64,000 nucleotides of DNA from Camelus dromedarius (GCF_036321535.1 NC_087447.1:52516001-52580000); one strand, 5' to 3'. Positions 25,355 to 38,777 are shown, counted from the first letter of the stretch. Numbers and translations: made by a program. The notes: generated by a model not told the origin, from the sequence alone.

Positions 25355-25632
25355 GATAGACTTCCCCAAATGCAGTTCAGAAAAACAGAGGGATTTGAAT
25401 AGACATGCAAAAAGGGGTTCTGGAGCAAATAAGTTTGGAAAACATTAGGTTAGCATCCTCACTACAGGACTTCTCAGAGCCTTTAGAGTCCTAGCGACAG
25501 TGAGATCTACCAGGAGTGATTCAACATATGGTACTTTCCAGATCACTCAATACACAAATCCTCCTTCTCTCTCTTTTTTAAACAACATTTTTGTGGGGCT
25601 GATGTATTGTAAAACACTGGGACATTTTGCCC
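25355..25632. mobile_element. Old hAT-Charlie MITE (MER103/MER112-like; subfamily uncertain)
   Basis: aaaaaggggttctggagcaaataagtttggaaaac and caggacttctcagagccttta. Confidence 0.6.
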
Positions 25633-27229
25633 TAGAATAATAGCTACTATGTCAAATCTGTGTTCGGGTTTGACCCATCAGTCTGCTGGCAGGACTGTGA
25701 GGCTGGGAACTCTGTCTACTCATCTCTCCAGCTCCTGCCTTCAGCCAGACCGGGCTCAGAAGCATTCTCTCTAAGTTTTTTTTTTTTTTTTTGCAAATGG
25801 CACAAGTGAGTGCTGTGAAACAAGTCTGGGACAGCACCATGTTCATAGCTGCATCTGCCTGCATCTCTTAGTCTGCCTCCAAGGCTGTGGGCATTTCTTG
25901 CCAAATGAATATCAGGCAATGCTTCCTTTGCATCCTGGTCACCCCTTATCAGGGCCCAGGGGCCCCTTCACTGGCCCCCACTTCACCTCTTTTGGATTCT
26001 CTCCAGCTTGATTCGAGTTTGACTCTATGGAATCGCAGATTCCAGAATGCAAGATGGCTCCTTTCAAATGGGGTTCTCACCTGCTGGCCAGTCCTCAGTA
26101 ATCTTGCCTGTGCAGTTTCCCTGTTTTGGATCCTTAGCTCAAACCTGACTTCTACAAAGCCTCCTGTGAGGCCCCCTCCAGCACTCCATCCCCGAGGCTC
26201 AGCTGGACACCTCACCTCGGGTGGCATGGGCTATTACATCCTAAACCAAACCCGTTCCCTGTGTCGGTGAGGGTGTGTCCTGAGTGAAGGGGCCCCTGTA
26301 TTTTGTACTGTGGGTCATAGTCAAAAGAGCTGGAAGGCCACGATGTTTTGTAAACTGTCTGTTTAAAATGGTTCCAGGTCCTATATGAGGTTCATACCGA
26401 GCCTCTTAAAATCTGGACAATAATTCCGTCATCTCTGAAGCTCTGCCTGGCAGGGACAGGGCCACACCCTGCTCTCACTGTACCCTCAGGGGCTGGGAGC
26501 CCCTGAACCCCCACAAGAGAAGTCTCTGAATGGACTCACAATTTTGTAACAAAATAAAAGCACAAAGCCAGGACTCACAGACTCTTTGTCTTATCTTATT
26601 CTCCCAGTGTATTTTCTTCACAGCTTTCCAACGTCTACAACCATAAAATAGCTTTGGCATATGAGTTGTTTTACACAAATGAAAGCACGGTGGAGAGCAG
26701 TGTTGTTTCCGGAGCTCAGAGGGAAGCAGATCAGGCAGAAGAGGCAGGGAGGAGGAGGCAGGGAAGCTGGGGAGCGGGAGCCAGGCCCCTGCAGAGGTGG
26801 CTGGGCCTCTGACTCTCCCCGTCTGTCGGTGGGAAAACAATCACTCCCCCTGGACTGAAAGCACAGGGCTGCCTCCCAGAGATTAAGGTGCCAGACGGAG
26901 CCTACCAGACGCCACCCCACCAATTAGCGGTGGAAACGGGAGACACAGCATCAGCAGAAGGAGACCCAGAGTCAGCCTTCTTCCCAGTTCTGCTTTCCCC
27001 TAGTTCTGCTCTTAATTCCTCTCTTCTCTGGGCCTTAGAGCCCTCATCGTAAAGCGAGAGGGTGAGATGCAATCAGGGGCTCTCAATTTTTTGAACTGTG
27101 ACTCACAGTGAGAAATACATTCAACAGCTCAGTCTAGACACACATATAGTACCCACATGGAGCCTGCATTTCGCTCAACAGTGCTCCCCTTACTGCCTGC
27201 TATGTTTTCTACTCTTTTCCATTCGCTTT

Positions 27230-28380
27230 TAAATTATAATTTATACATTCATTTCAAAAACATTTATTGAAGCATGGTGTAAGTATGAGAGAATGTACAT
27301 GTCACAGAGGAAGAACCGGATGAATCCTCACAAACTGAAAACAGCCATGTAACCAGCCCTCAGATGGAAAGACAGAGCATTACCAGTACCTTGAAAGCCC
27401 CTCCTGTGGCCTCCAGTTCACCAGCTCCTCCTCCAAGGATACCTGCCGTCCTGACTTCTAACAGCATAGATTCGTTTTGTCTGTTTCTGTACTTTACGTA
27501 AATGCAGTCATAAAGTTTCTTTGTGCCTGGCTTTTTCTTTCAACATCATATTTGTGAGGGTCACTGACACTGGTGGGCGCGCTGTTTCATCGCGTGGCTA
27601 TGCTACCCTCTGTCTGTGCCGCCGCTGATGGCCATGTTTTTGGGTGAACGTGTGAACGCATGTCTCGTGGGTGTATCTAGGGATGGAGCTGCTGGTGTGC
27701 ACATGTTCATATGTGCTGCTTTAGCTGATACTGCCAGACAATTTTCCAAAGTCATCACACCAAATTACACTTCAGCCATCTGAGAGTTCCAGTTGCTTCG
27801 CATCTTTGTCAGCTCTAGGTATTGGCTACCTTTTTCATTTCAGCCCTTCTCATGGGTGCACTGTGGTATATCACTGTAGGCTTAATTTGTGATTCCCTGA
27901 TAACTGACAATGCTTTTATACACTTATCGGCTATTGGGATGTCCTTCTTTGTAAAGTATTGAAGTATCTTTTGCTTATTTTTCTATTAGGTCATTTGACT
28001 TTTCCTTATTTGTAGCAGTTTCCTCTTTTTTTTTTTTTTTTTTTTTCCTACTATACAGTTGACCCTTGAACAATATGGATTTGAACTGCGTGGGTCAATT
28101 CAGACACAAACTTTTTTTCAATAGTAAATACTACCGTGTTACACAGTCCATGGTTGTTTGAATCTGCAGATGCAGAACCTTGGATACCGATGAACCGAGC
28201 ATATGAAGGGCCTACTATAAATTATTCCTGGATTTTCTACTGGGCAGAGGGTGGGTGCCCCAACCCCTGTGTTGTTCAAGGGCTGACTGTATATATTTTG
28301 AATATGAGACTTTTGTTGAATAGATATACTGTAAATGTCTTCACCCACTCTATGGGTTACTGGATTACTTTGTTTCACTT
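27230..28380 (-). mobile_element. L1ME-like 3' fragment
   Basis: cctgacttctaacagcatagatt...tttctttcaacatcatatttgtgag...gagagttccagttgct...ttaatttgtgattccctgataact. Confidence 0.8.
28056..28289 (+). mobile_element. Tigger2-family MITE (MER8/Tigger2a-like)
   Basis: TIRs cagttgacccttgaacaa / ttgttcaagggctgactg, flanked by TA at 28054-28055 and 28290-28291. Confidence 0.9.
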
Positions 28381-29215
28381 TAATGCAGGATGATCTTGAA
28401 CCACCAAATTAATTTCTTGACCCACTAACGGGTCACAACGCACAGTTTGGAAAACACTGCAGGACATGCTACTGCAGTCTTCCCCAGACCTGGATGCCCT
28501 TGGAAGGGGCACCTCTGGCCAGTGCCAACCACGGCCGCGTTAGCCTGGGGCACCCTTGTGAACAGTCAGGAGCCGTCAGGAGAACAAAGGCCATGATATT
28601 AGCTATCATAATTTCCAAATTCAAAAAAATCCTTTTTCCATACCTTCAGTGACAACACAGTTCCCAGTTCTCCTGAATTTAAGATTTACCAGCCCCACAG
28701 CGCAGACTGAGAGAGGGGACTTGGAAAGATGGTTGAGGTGTGGGGACACCTCTGGAATTAGGCTTTGTCACAGGGCTAGAGGCTATGTTCCCCATGGGCT
28801 TTCCATCCACTGAGCGGCCTAGGCCCTCAGGGGATGGTGCTGTGGAATCTAAGATGCCTCAGGAGGTTCCTTTCAGCCAACAGGTCAAGACCACACTCCC
28901 TAAACTCTGACAAATTACATTAACCATGGGAGAAGGGCACTCACACATCCTGGTACCTTCTCACTGTGAAGGAAAACTTCTACACAGGTGTAATAGCCTC
29001 CCAGCTCCTCAGAGTAGCCCTGACCGCACCTGCTAAGCTCCATGAAGGCAGGGTTTAAAACGGGGTACTCCTGCCAGAAATGTGGCCGAGGTCACACAGC
29101 TGGTCAGTTACAGAGGGACGCTGCCGAGCCCCACAGCATGTGTTTTCATCCCTATGTCAGCCAGTTACCATGAGAAGAGTGGTGATCACATCCAAAGGGC
29201 TCAAAGATTCTCTTC

Positions 29216-29320
29216 CACACACGCACACACACACACACGCACGCACAAACGTGCACACACGAGCAGACACACACAGGTATGTGTGTGCACACATGGACAT
29301 ATAAATGCACACATACCCAT
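29216..29320. repeat. Imperfect (CA)n/(CG)n microsatellite
   Basis: cacacacgcacacacacacacacgcacgcacaaacgtgcacacac. Confidence 0.85.
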
Positions 29321-29904
29321 GCTGTACTGCTCAGAAATCCGTGGGATGGACTCTTCTGGTTCATTACACATGGAGTTTACCCTCTTTCCTAATTTCCAAA
29401 GTACTGAAATAGCCCATAAAACATGAATAATGCAAACATAGGTAGATGAGGAGGGCACTTTACAGTTTGTAAATCCCTTTCACATTCAGTCTCTCCTGTG
29501 AATCTCACAACCAGCCTTCTGAACATCTATTAATATATTATGATTCTCAAGGTCCCCCAGGTCTCCTGGGGGGGTCTAAGGACCTTCTGTCTGGGGAGAC
29601 CAATCCTTATTACCCAGGACTGGGGCTGTGGCAGCAGCCAGAGGTTGGCAGGATTTGTGCATCAACTCAGATCCTCCCTAAAAGTTTTCCTTATAATTAT
29701 ATTCTGCAGCAACCAATCCTTCCTTGTCTGAGTAGAGTTTCAATTTCACAGACCTTCCATGGCTGGGCTTGTGTTTGCATGAGAGTTTTGGGGACATGGA
29801 CACCTCTCCCCTCCCCCTCTCAAACATGTCCACACATTCACTGTTCTCTCAGAGTCTTCTCCTCCAACTAGAGGGAAGCAGCCCCATTACTACTTATGCA
29901 ACTA

Positions 29905-30140
29905 CTAGGGACTAGCATTTATTGAACACTTCCTCCAGGCCACGTACCAAGTGATTTATGGGCATTATCTCAGTACCCCTCACCGGAATCCTTGGCCACA
30001 TGTATTAATACCCTTACTTCACAAATGAGGAAACAGATGCTCAGAGAGGAGAAGTGACAGCCTATGGTCACATAGTCAGCAAGTAATTAGATGGAGATTG
30101 GACCACGTCCCACTGATCCTTAAGTCCTGGCCCATTTCAG
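29905..30140 (-). mobile_element. MIR SINE
   Basis: acaaatgaggaaacagatgctcagagaggagaagtgac...ggtcacatag. Confidence 0.8.
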
Positions 30141-30679
30141 TGCCTGGGACAGTGAGAAGCAGCAAAACTACCTACACGGAGGTGGGCAGCATCTTAGGAC
30201 CAGCTTGTTTTCTCTGAGCTCAGAGAGATGGAGGGACTTTCCTGAGAGCATCATCAGAGCAGAGCTGGGACTGGAACCCAGGTCTGGTCCTTGGGTTTCT
30301 CTTCCTCTGATTCTTAGGAAGCTCCTGAGACAAAGGATACTGGTAGAGCACTGTCATCCAGGCGGATGCCTCTATTTAAGGAGATATTTACAGTGTTAGA
30401 AAGAAGGTGACCAGGGAAGGAACGGCTCTTAAACTAAATTATGAGGACTTACTGGAGGGAAAAGAATAAAAAGGGACCTCAAGGAGAGGTATGATCTTTG
30501 TCTTCAACCATTTTTAGGACTGACTGGTGAAAAAGAGGCTTGGCAAGATGTGAGGAGGAGTAGATACAGTGAATATCAAATCCAGATTATGGAAGAACTC
30601 TATACAAATCCTAAATGTGGGGAGATGATAACCAGTTCCTCATGAGTCCCTGCAGGTCTCCACGCAAAGGCCAAATTAC

Positions 30680-30680
<1 letters not shown>

Positions 30681-30734
<54 letters not shown>
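30681..30734. repeat. (TATC)13.5 perfect tetranucleotide STR
   Basis: Direct read. Confidence 0.98.
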
Positions 30735-31481
30735 AGGTCCACACCTCTAAGACCCTTTCATCTCTAAGATTCCACAAGTCTTTGAAATGTACTAAAACCT
30801 TACAGGGAAGGCAAGCAGTAATCCTGTACTCCCTGCTCATTGTTCTTAGGGGAAAAAAAATTCTTATAAAATAAATGGAGATAAAGTCTATCTATTAACA
30901 CATATTTAAGAGGTAGAGTAAAAAAGCACCCATATCATTAACTTAAATCATGAATACTCTCTGAAGTGTAAAAAAAAAAATCGACTCACTTTTCTTTAAA
31001 TCTTCTTAAAAGGGTCTAAGAATAGTCCTTCAAATAATCCTTGAAGTATGCAATTTTAATTTGGACACATGGTAATTTCAGTCTACCTGTTGGAAGAGAC
31101 AAGAGACGAATCAGTCATTTTTGACGAGGCTGCTGTTCTGACAAGCAGCAGGTGAGGTTTAGGCAGCTTGGGGGTGAGGGTGGGGAGGGGTGGGGGGCAG
31201 TGGGCAGCAGCAAAGCTGCTTTGGCCCCAGGCTGAAGACTAGTGTCTGAACACTCAGACGAAGGGCGACTAAAGTCGTGATCACAGTGCCTGGCGTATAG
31301 CGAAGGCTCAATAAATATTTAACGAATGAATGAAGTAAAGGACAGATGAATAAATGAGTGTGATTTATCATCTAACCTTTGATATAAGGAGTTACCCTAT
31401 AGGCTCAGCTCTCTGACTCTTTGGGAGAAACAGAATTTCCAGGCACTGGGCATGCTATGGAAAATAGCGCAGAGAAATGTT

Positions 31482-32140
31482 CATGGTGTAGTTGATGGAG
31501 TGAGAACTTTGGAACCAGCCATATCTGCGTTTGAATCCTGGCTCTACCACTTAAAACTGTGCAACCCTGGGCTGTCTTATTTATTTATGTTTACTATTGC
31601 CCTTAAATTGGATTCTTAGCCCATTTGTTAATTTTCAATCCTTCTTCTTTTCCAAACACAAACATTTAAGGTCATACATTTCCCTTAAGTGCTGTCTTGG
31701 CTATATTCCACAACCTGGGTGTTTAATATTTCTGTTATCATTCACTTGTATTTTATAATTTCGATTTTCATTTTCTTTTTTGACCCATAAGTTAGTTTGA
31801 TGTGTTTTTGTAAATATCTCTCAACGTATTTTTTTCTCAAACTCATCTTTCTGTTTTTGATTTCTAGCTTAATTGTACTGTGGTGGGATAATGTGGCTCG
31901 TAGGGTACTGATTCTTTGAAATTTATTGAGATGCATTTTTGTAGCCTCAGATGGAGTCATTTGCTGTGAGTATTCCATGTGTACTTGGGAAAAACATACA
32001 TTCTCTAGATATTGGGTGTAATCTTGGGCTAGCTTTTTTTTTTTTTAAACTTTCCTGCCCTTCCATTTCTTTATCTGTAAAAAGGTACCTGAACAATAAC
32101 ACATTAGTTCCCTCCTGCCATTTAGAATTACACTTACTGA
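31482..32140 (+). mobile_element. MIR SINE split by an L1 fragment
   Basis: tttgaatcctggctctaccactt...ctgggct | ...tttctttatctgtaaaaagg. Confidence 0.7.
31580..32015 (-). mobile_element. Old L1 internal fragment (end of ORF2 endonuclease domain)
   Basis: ORF 31742-31978 HLNKFQRI...LSHHSTIKLEIKNRK resembles the L1 EN motif LNKFK.I...SDHN.IKLEI. Confidence 0.75.
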
Positions 32141-32739
32141 CATAGAGGCGGTGCAGATAAAAACAGAGAATGCGTAAGAAAGAGAGCCAGACACACTATT
32201 TCTTGCTTATAACAATATTTATAACTATACCCTAGATTTCTAAAGTGTTTGAAAGTTTCTAAATGATGGCCACAACTGCGACTTGGTTTCTTACTCACAA
32301 CAAGCCTGTGCAGTGTCGCCCAGGCAGATGGAGGTGAGGAGCCACGCAGAGAAGGGACATGCACCAGCTGGTGTGGCTATTCGCTCAGTCCTCCAAGCCA
32401 GAGCCCCAGGGTCCCTCCTTGAATTGCCTTCCCACTCACTCCTTACATTGGCTCAGTTCAGTCTACTTACTGTCTCTCAAATCTGTCTGTTATCACCCTC
32501 AATGCCTACATCATTTCTTACCTGCTTTATTCCAACAGATTATTAAATTCCTACTGTTCTTAAAATACAACTACAAAAAATAAATCCAGACAAGGTCTTC
32601 TCAGCAGGCGTAATTCCCCAATGGGGATGGGGTAAGTGTTGGGTGAGGGGTGCCAGAATATCAGAATCTTGACGAGGACAGTGACGCTATGTCTGTCAGA
32701 TGAAGGCGTGGGTTTAGAAAGGTAGAGAAACAACTGAGT

Positions 32740-33130
32740 TCAAATAGTCTTCATCTAACAAAGCCCTTCCCGTGACCTTGTCCCCATCGCACTCCAAGTT
32801 CTTTTTCTCTGTCTCAGAGAGAATTCCTGGAGGAGTCATCTAAACCCCCACTTCCTCCACACCCACACCCTCTCCGAATCACCGTGGTGTGGCTTCACCT
32901 TGAGAATGTTCTCTTTAAGATCAGAATCATGCTGTCACTGCAAATTCCAGAGACTTCTCAATCTGCAGTGGCCCCTCTGGGTCATCCGCCAGCAGGACCA
33001 CAACCTCCTCTGGAAACTCCCCTGCCGTGGCATCTATTACAAACTCTTTGATTCTCCTTTTCCTGCAAGGACTTTCTCTGCCTCTTTTGCTAGTTCTTTT
33101 CTCTTTGCCTCATCCTTAAATGTGAAAGAG
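32740..33130 (+). mobile_element. L2 internal fragment
   Basis: ccacaacctcctctggaaactccc...ctttctctgcctcttttgctagttc...ccttaaatgtg. Confidence 0.65.
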
Positions 33131-33269
33131 TAAACAGCTCCCTCTTCTTAAATTTTGAGGTTTAAATTGGCATTTTTGTAATTTGTTTTGTCAATATAAA
33201 ATGGGTATACAAATATTAGTTTCATAACTTAATTCAATTGTTTCAATAAAATTAGAACCATAAACTACC

Positions 33270-33510
33270 ACTTATTAAGTGCAGGTTAAATATATGCCAA
33301 TCACTGTGCTAAACGTTACTGTGCTTAAGCTTTACAACCACCACTTGGGGTAGGTATTATTAATATTCCTTTTTTTACAGATGAGAAAGAAAAAGCCACG
33401 AGAAGAAATGTAATTTGCCTAAGATCACTCAGCTACTCGGTGGCAGAGCTGGGATTCAAGACAGCATCTGTCTAATTCAAAGCTTGTGGTCTCAGCCACT
33501 ACATTTACTC
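33270..33510 (-). mobile_element. MIR SINE
   Basis: ttttacagatgagaaa...aatttgcctaagatcactcagctact...ggcagagctgggattcaa. Confidence 0.85.
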
Positions 33511-35942
33511 ATCCTCCCTTCCCCTGCCCTGGCCTCTGCAACTTGCCCTTCTCCCACGATGTCATGAATTTCATGCTTCCATTTTGCTTCCCACTGAATG
33601 GAAGACCTCTATCTGCACTGTGAGCTGACAAGATTCCACTCATTGTTCAAAGCCCAGCTCCAACGTCCTCTTCCCATAAAGCTACCCACAAGCCCAGCTG
33701 GTTTAATTGCTCCGATTTCCTTCCTGTGGCAGCTCTACAATGACACCAAACCATCCATTCATCCGTCTGACCACGCATCCATCCATCCATCCACCCCATA
33801 ATCATACAAATACAGTGGAAGATTGTTCACCCAGAAGCATCCACACACAGGAATTGCTCCAAAGGACTTTTTTTTTTTTTTAATGCTTTGGGAAAAAAAA
33901 TCATACTTTTGTCAAAATGGAAGAAAATTTGCTGGAGGTCATGGTGTGTGGAGAAGCAATGTGCTCTGCCAGGCATTTGTGAATGCTGGGTGGTCAGGGA
34001 CAGTCATCCCTGTGATCTGGCCAGGGTGGTTTCCAAGGTTACCAAAGCACGTCTGTGCGATTTCCCTTACCCAATGCCTACACTTCTAAATCCTATTTAT
34101 ACATCGAGCCCAGCTCAAATTCCTCTTCATCCTCAAAGCCCGCCCTGATTCTCCTCTCCTATCAGGCACACGTGAACCTGGACCTCCGCCAGAATGAGTC
34201 TGTGACATCTCTGATGACACGTGGTGTTTTAATCATCCATGGCTATTACTGCAGTTCAAAACGAACTTCAACATATTCATTTCATGCTTTATCTCCCCTG
34301 CTGTTCTCCCTGGAACCAGGAATTGCACCCACTTCACCTTCACGATATTGTCAGAACCAAGCCCAGTGCCTGGCACACAGATGTTCATGACCAACCGACT
34401 AAAGCTGAGGACATTGGCCTTCACTCAAATGCAAGCACCCAGCAGTGTAGTATGCACACAGCTGGGGCAAAATAAATAAAAACCCTCCCACCTCTCTCCA
34501 TCCCCCAAAAATAAGGATCAGAAAAGGGGCCCATACATCCACTCAGCCTGAGGCTTCTGAACACTTGTGTTCCATGGTTTACAAACGTGTTGGGGTGGGG
34601 GCTTCTGACATTCTCCAGGATGAGCTAGACATGTTTGAATACATTCTAGTTTCCATAATCAAGAAATGAGAGACTTTCAAAGATAGACAGGGCTTCAAGA
34701 TCAGCGACTACAACCACCTGCTTTGACAGAGGAGGGCTGCAGAGGTGAAGTGACTCCATCCAAGTCACAGGGCAGGAAGGATGGTGCAGACACATCTTCC
34801 CTGCCCCCTCCCAGACTTGAGGATGAAGCCTCTAGGAAACTGGGTGCTTTCTGAACCGCTAAAAATAAACTCCCAGAAACTTCATCTAGATCTATCACGG
34901 CTGCAATTTACAGCGTCTAGAACTTCAGCATGGTATAATCAGCAAATGGACTGCAATAATTTATTTTTGATTTAAAAGCTCGAATGAACACGACCTTCCA
35001 GTGGAATGGGAAAATAAGAGGCTGGGAGCCAGCCACATTCCTCTGGCCCCTTCCAATGCCACAGTTTTAATGCCGGCTGGCACGTCTACTGACGTCTGGT
35101 GGACATGCCACAGAGGTAGGACTGTTAACTCTGAGCTCTGGGCTCCCTGGGAAGCATGAATTCTGGAATACAGCCCCCTCCAGATAGGTCCATGCTCATT
35201 CTTCCAGTGACCAGGATGACGCCTAGCCCTTCCAACAAGCAGGAAAATCCAAGGGTGGGGAAAAGATGGTCGTGATGTCTCTGAGTAGGAAGTATCAAAG
35301 GATGGACCAAGAGCGACACTGTCATGCAGCTGAAAGGGATCAGAGAGGAATTTTTTAGGCTTTTGTTTTATGTGTGCCATGAATAACAACCACATCATCT
35401 CTTTTATAAAATGTTGGTAAGTAACTACCTCACAAGATTATCATCGGGATTAAATGAGAAATATGTAAGAAAAGGGCATTGTAAGTCAATATTAGTGCAT
35501 CTTCTTGAGTGAATACATTTCCAACATAGCTCTTTCTGATGAGATATTTTTCTAACCAAAGCACTATAGCATGTCGTAGTAGGTGCCCCGGGTGAGGGAG
35601 TAGAAAACCTGGAAAGTTGTCTTCTTGAGTTTCCCTCTGCAGAGTCCAGGCAGAGGCAAGTCTGTTCATTTCTTGTAAGACCTCCGGGCAGAACATTCTG
35701 ATGCTAGAAAACAAAGATCCTGACCTGGGCAAGAAACACGGACAGCTTTCTCCTCTCTCATGCACTGCGCCCAACCTAGGCAGACATCTGCCCCAGACAC
35801 CCACTGACGAGGATGCTGAATATGGTGGCGAGGCAGTGTGCAAAACCAAAGCAAAGCTTGCATCCTCCCGTTGAAGGCAGGGGAGGGGGCACTTACGGAG
35901 CATCTACCACGTGCCGGGGACAGTGTTGGACTCTTTCACTTC

Positions 35943-36503
35943 TGTAGGGGAGAGCAAAACTCGTCCCCGAAATGTCTCTATGATATGCCGATTATTTCAA
36001 ACTGAAAACAACCAGGGCCCAAAAGTTTCAGGAAGAAACGTTGATCTTCCCATTAACCGCCTAAAAAGTTGTAGATAGATGGCCTCTTACAGGAATAGAG
36101 CTATGGAGCTATCACCAGAGAACACAGGTAAAGAATACGGGCTGGGCGTGGTGGGGGAACTCTTAGAGATCAGAGTCCACTCTGTGTCCCACTGTCTCCG
36201 CCTGGCCCAGCAAACATTTATTTACCAGACATTTGCTTTTCTATCTCCATGTCAATTACCTTTCTCCCCTTTGAAGTCCCAGACCCCGGCCCCCAACATC
36301 CTCTTTGGTCTTTAGCTGAAGACGGTATTTAAGGTGAGGTTTCGGCCACTTGGGTGAGTCAGTCCTCCTGGGTCTCTCTCATGCATGTTGTTAGTACACT
36401 TCTGTTTGATGTTCTCTTGTTAATCTGTCTCAGGTCAATTTAATTCTTAGAGCAGCCAGAGGAACCTGGCTTGAAGGGTAGAGGAAAGTCTCCCCCTCTG
36501 ACA
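35943..36503 (+). mobile_element. MER34-like ERV1 solo LTR (561 bp)
   Basis: tgtagggg...tctgaca ends; perfect 4-bp TSD cttc (35939-35942, 36504-36507); ctttagctgaagacggtatttaaggtg promoter region. Confidence 0.85.
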
Positions 36504-36619
36504 CTTCCCAGCTCCTCTCGCACCCTGCGGGTTACCCTGTCCCAGTGCCACGTGGCGCCCTGAAGCCCCCCTCTCTTCTGCTCTCCAACTAGCCCCTGAG
36601 CAGGAAAACTCGGACCCTC

Positions 36620-37530
36620 GTCCTCACACTTTCAAGTCTTTGGGACCATTTTGGGCGAACTTCAGTTTCCTGGTCAGTGAGGTTGGGACAAGAACCCCAA
36701 ACCTGCCTGCTTCACCAGATTGCTTACAGACAAAGGAGGGTGAGTGTGAAAAACTTGGGAAACCGTGCCGAACACTGAAGGATCTGTCCTCTCGTTCAAG
36801 ACCCTCAAGAGCTTCCCACTGTCCTTCACTGAACATTAAAATTCACCTTTGCCCCAACTCACAGATATGCTTCCCCGACTGTGCCTCCCTGGTCTGTCCC
36901 CCTCGTTTCCTGGGCTCTCCATGCCCATCTCTCAGGACATTATACTCAGGGAGCAAATGCTGCTTTCTCTCCCGGGAGTCACCTCCCCACTTTAGGTCTC
37001 ACCTTAGACTCGAGTCACTTCCTGGCATGGACTCCTCTGCTCTGTGTTCTTCAGGGAACTTGTACTTCTTTGATGACATCTGATGGATGTCTACCTCTCC
37101 AACCAGAACGAAGCAGGGCCCGCTTTCATCTTGTCACCAGGATGTCCTCAGGGGGTGTCCTCAGGGGGCCAGGTGCACAGCTGGGTCCGCTTTGCTAACT
37201 GAGGGCCCCACACACATCTTGAGCTGTGCTCGGCCCCCAGTCAGTGCTCAATAAACACTTGCTGCACAAAGGTATGTGTCAAGGGTTAGAGGGGACGGCT
37301 AGTACGGGGTTGAAATCATGGGCTCCGGAGCCAGAACATCCAGTCTGAGCTTGGCCACTCCACTCAGAGCTGCATTACTTGAAGTGACTTCACTTCTCTG
37401 TGCCTCAGTTTCTCCATTTATCCAATAACAGTTGTGTCGACCTTCTAGAGTTGTTGTGAGGATGGAGTGATAGATTTAGAGTTCCTAGGACAAGGCCAGG
37501 CAGGTGGCTGCTGCCCTATAAGTGAAGTTA
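36620..37530 (+). mobile_element. MIR / L2 / MIR fragment cluster
   Basis: cttcagtttcctggtcagtgag; gtgctcaataaacacttgctg; ttctctgtgcctcagtttctcc. Confidence 0.7.
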
Positions 37531-38729
37531 TTCTCATCCAGATCGGTCTTCACCCTCCTCCCCTGACGCAGATCGCATCCTTCCTCTTCTCTGAATCGGG
37601 TCCAGCTCCGTCCTCCTCCTCTGGTCTCCTAGCCCTCATGGGCTCTTCTTTGCACTTGGGGCCCTACTATGCATTATCTGTTATCCCAGAGAGTGACCTG
37701 TGCCCCCTGAGAGACCACAACAGCCCAGAGGAAGGTCTGGAGAGGCAAACCAGGGGGCACTTGGAAAAGGGAGAGAGTTGGAGGATCTGGGTGAATGGAG
37801 GGGGTAACTCGATGGGGGCTTCTCCTGGAGCCCGTTTGAGTCCTTGGGAATTCTACCTTGAAACCAGTTTCTGGGGACTAAGCTTCCAGCCTTGAATACC
37901 TGCCTCATGGGCTTGAAAAAAGCCCCCCTTTTTTTTGAGTGAAATAAATGGTTAGCCATTAAGATGTAAAATGCAGCTGTCACAGTCCATAGAACAACAG
38001 ACAGGTTAATATGGGTGCTTAAGAATGCTATTTCCTCATATTAACCCCAGAGCGAGAGCAACCCATCCAGAGAGACGCCGGAGTGCTCCGGAAACCTGCC
38101 GTCTTTTTCTTTAACAATATGTGATGTTTAAATACCAGTGGATGTTTATTTCCAAGCAGAGTTCACTAGCTGCCCTCTCTTCCTCTCTCCTCCCCTCCCT
38201 CTCCTTTTCCTCCTTCCTACTCTAAGAACAACTTGGCCTTCATTTTCTCCCTGAAATCTGGGACATAAGCATGCAGATGTGCATCTGGGGCACACCTGGA
38301 TTTCTGAATTTGCCTCTTGACCAGGTTCCCTGACTCCCATCTCTCCTCTCCACCCGCCACCTCCCCTGGCACCTCTCCAGCCAATCCCTCTGACCTACAT
38401 GGTGCCTGCCAGGGGACAAATTTAACTTCAAAAATGTGCACATTAAAACATGGTTTTAAGTTATTCCCTGCAAAGAGGTGAGATTCAGTTCCATGAAAAG
38501 TGCAAACAGCTGGGACTCGCCTTCCTGGTAGAAATAAGGCTGGCGCATAGCACTCACCTGCCCAGAAGAAAGGCCGGCCAGGTGGTGTTCAGTCAATGCA
38601 CAGGCTCCAGAGGGTGGGGCTTGAGCACTTGCTGCCACCTGACCAGCAGCTTGGGGAAGTGACTTCAGGGCCTGCCCTGCATGTCGGGCCATTTTGGCAG
38701 AAACCAGTATCCCAGCACCATTCTTGAAG

Positions 38730-38731
<2 letters not shown>

Positions 38732-38777
<46 letters not shown>
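38732..38777. repeat. (GT)23 perfect microsatellite
   Basis: Direct read. Confidence 0.98.

Larger units (their letters stand above)
27074..28460. mobile_element. hAT-Charlie MITE split by L1ME (arms ~27074-27230 and ~28380-28460)
   Basis: Ends caggggctctcaa and gacccactaacgggtcacaacgcacagtttggaaaacactg. Confidence 0.6.

Noticed and set aside
25828..25850. cagcaccatg REST/RE1-like motif
   Set aside because: Only the left half-site is present; the ggacag right half is missing.
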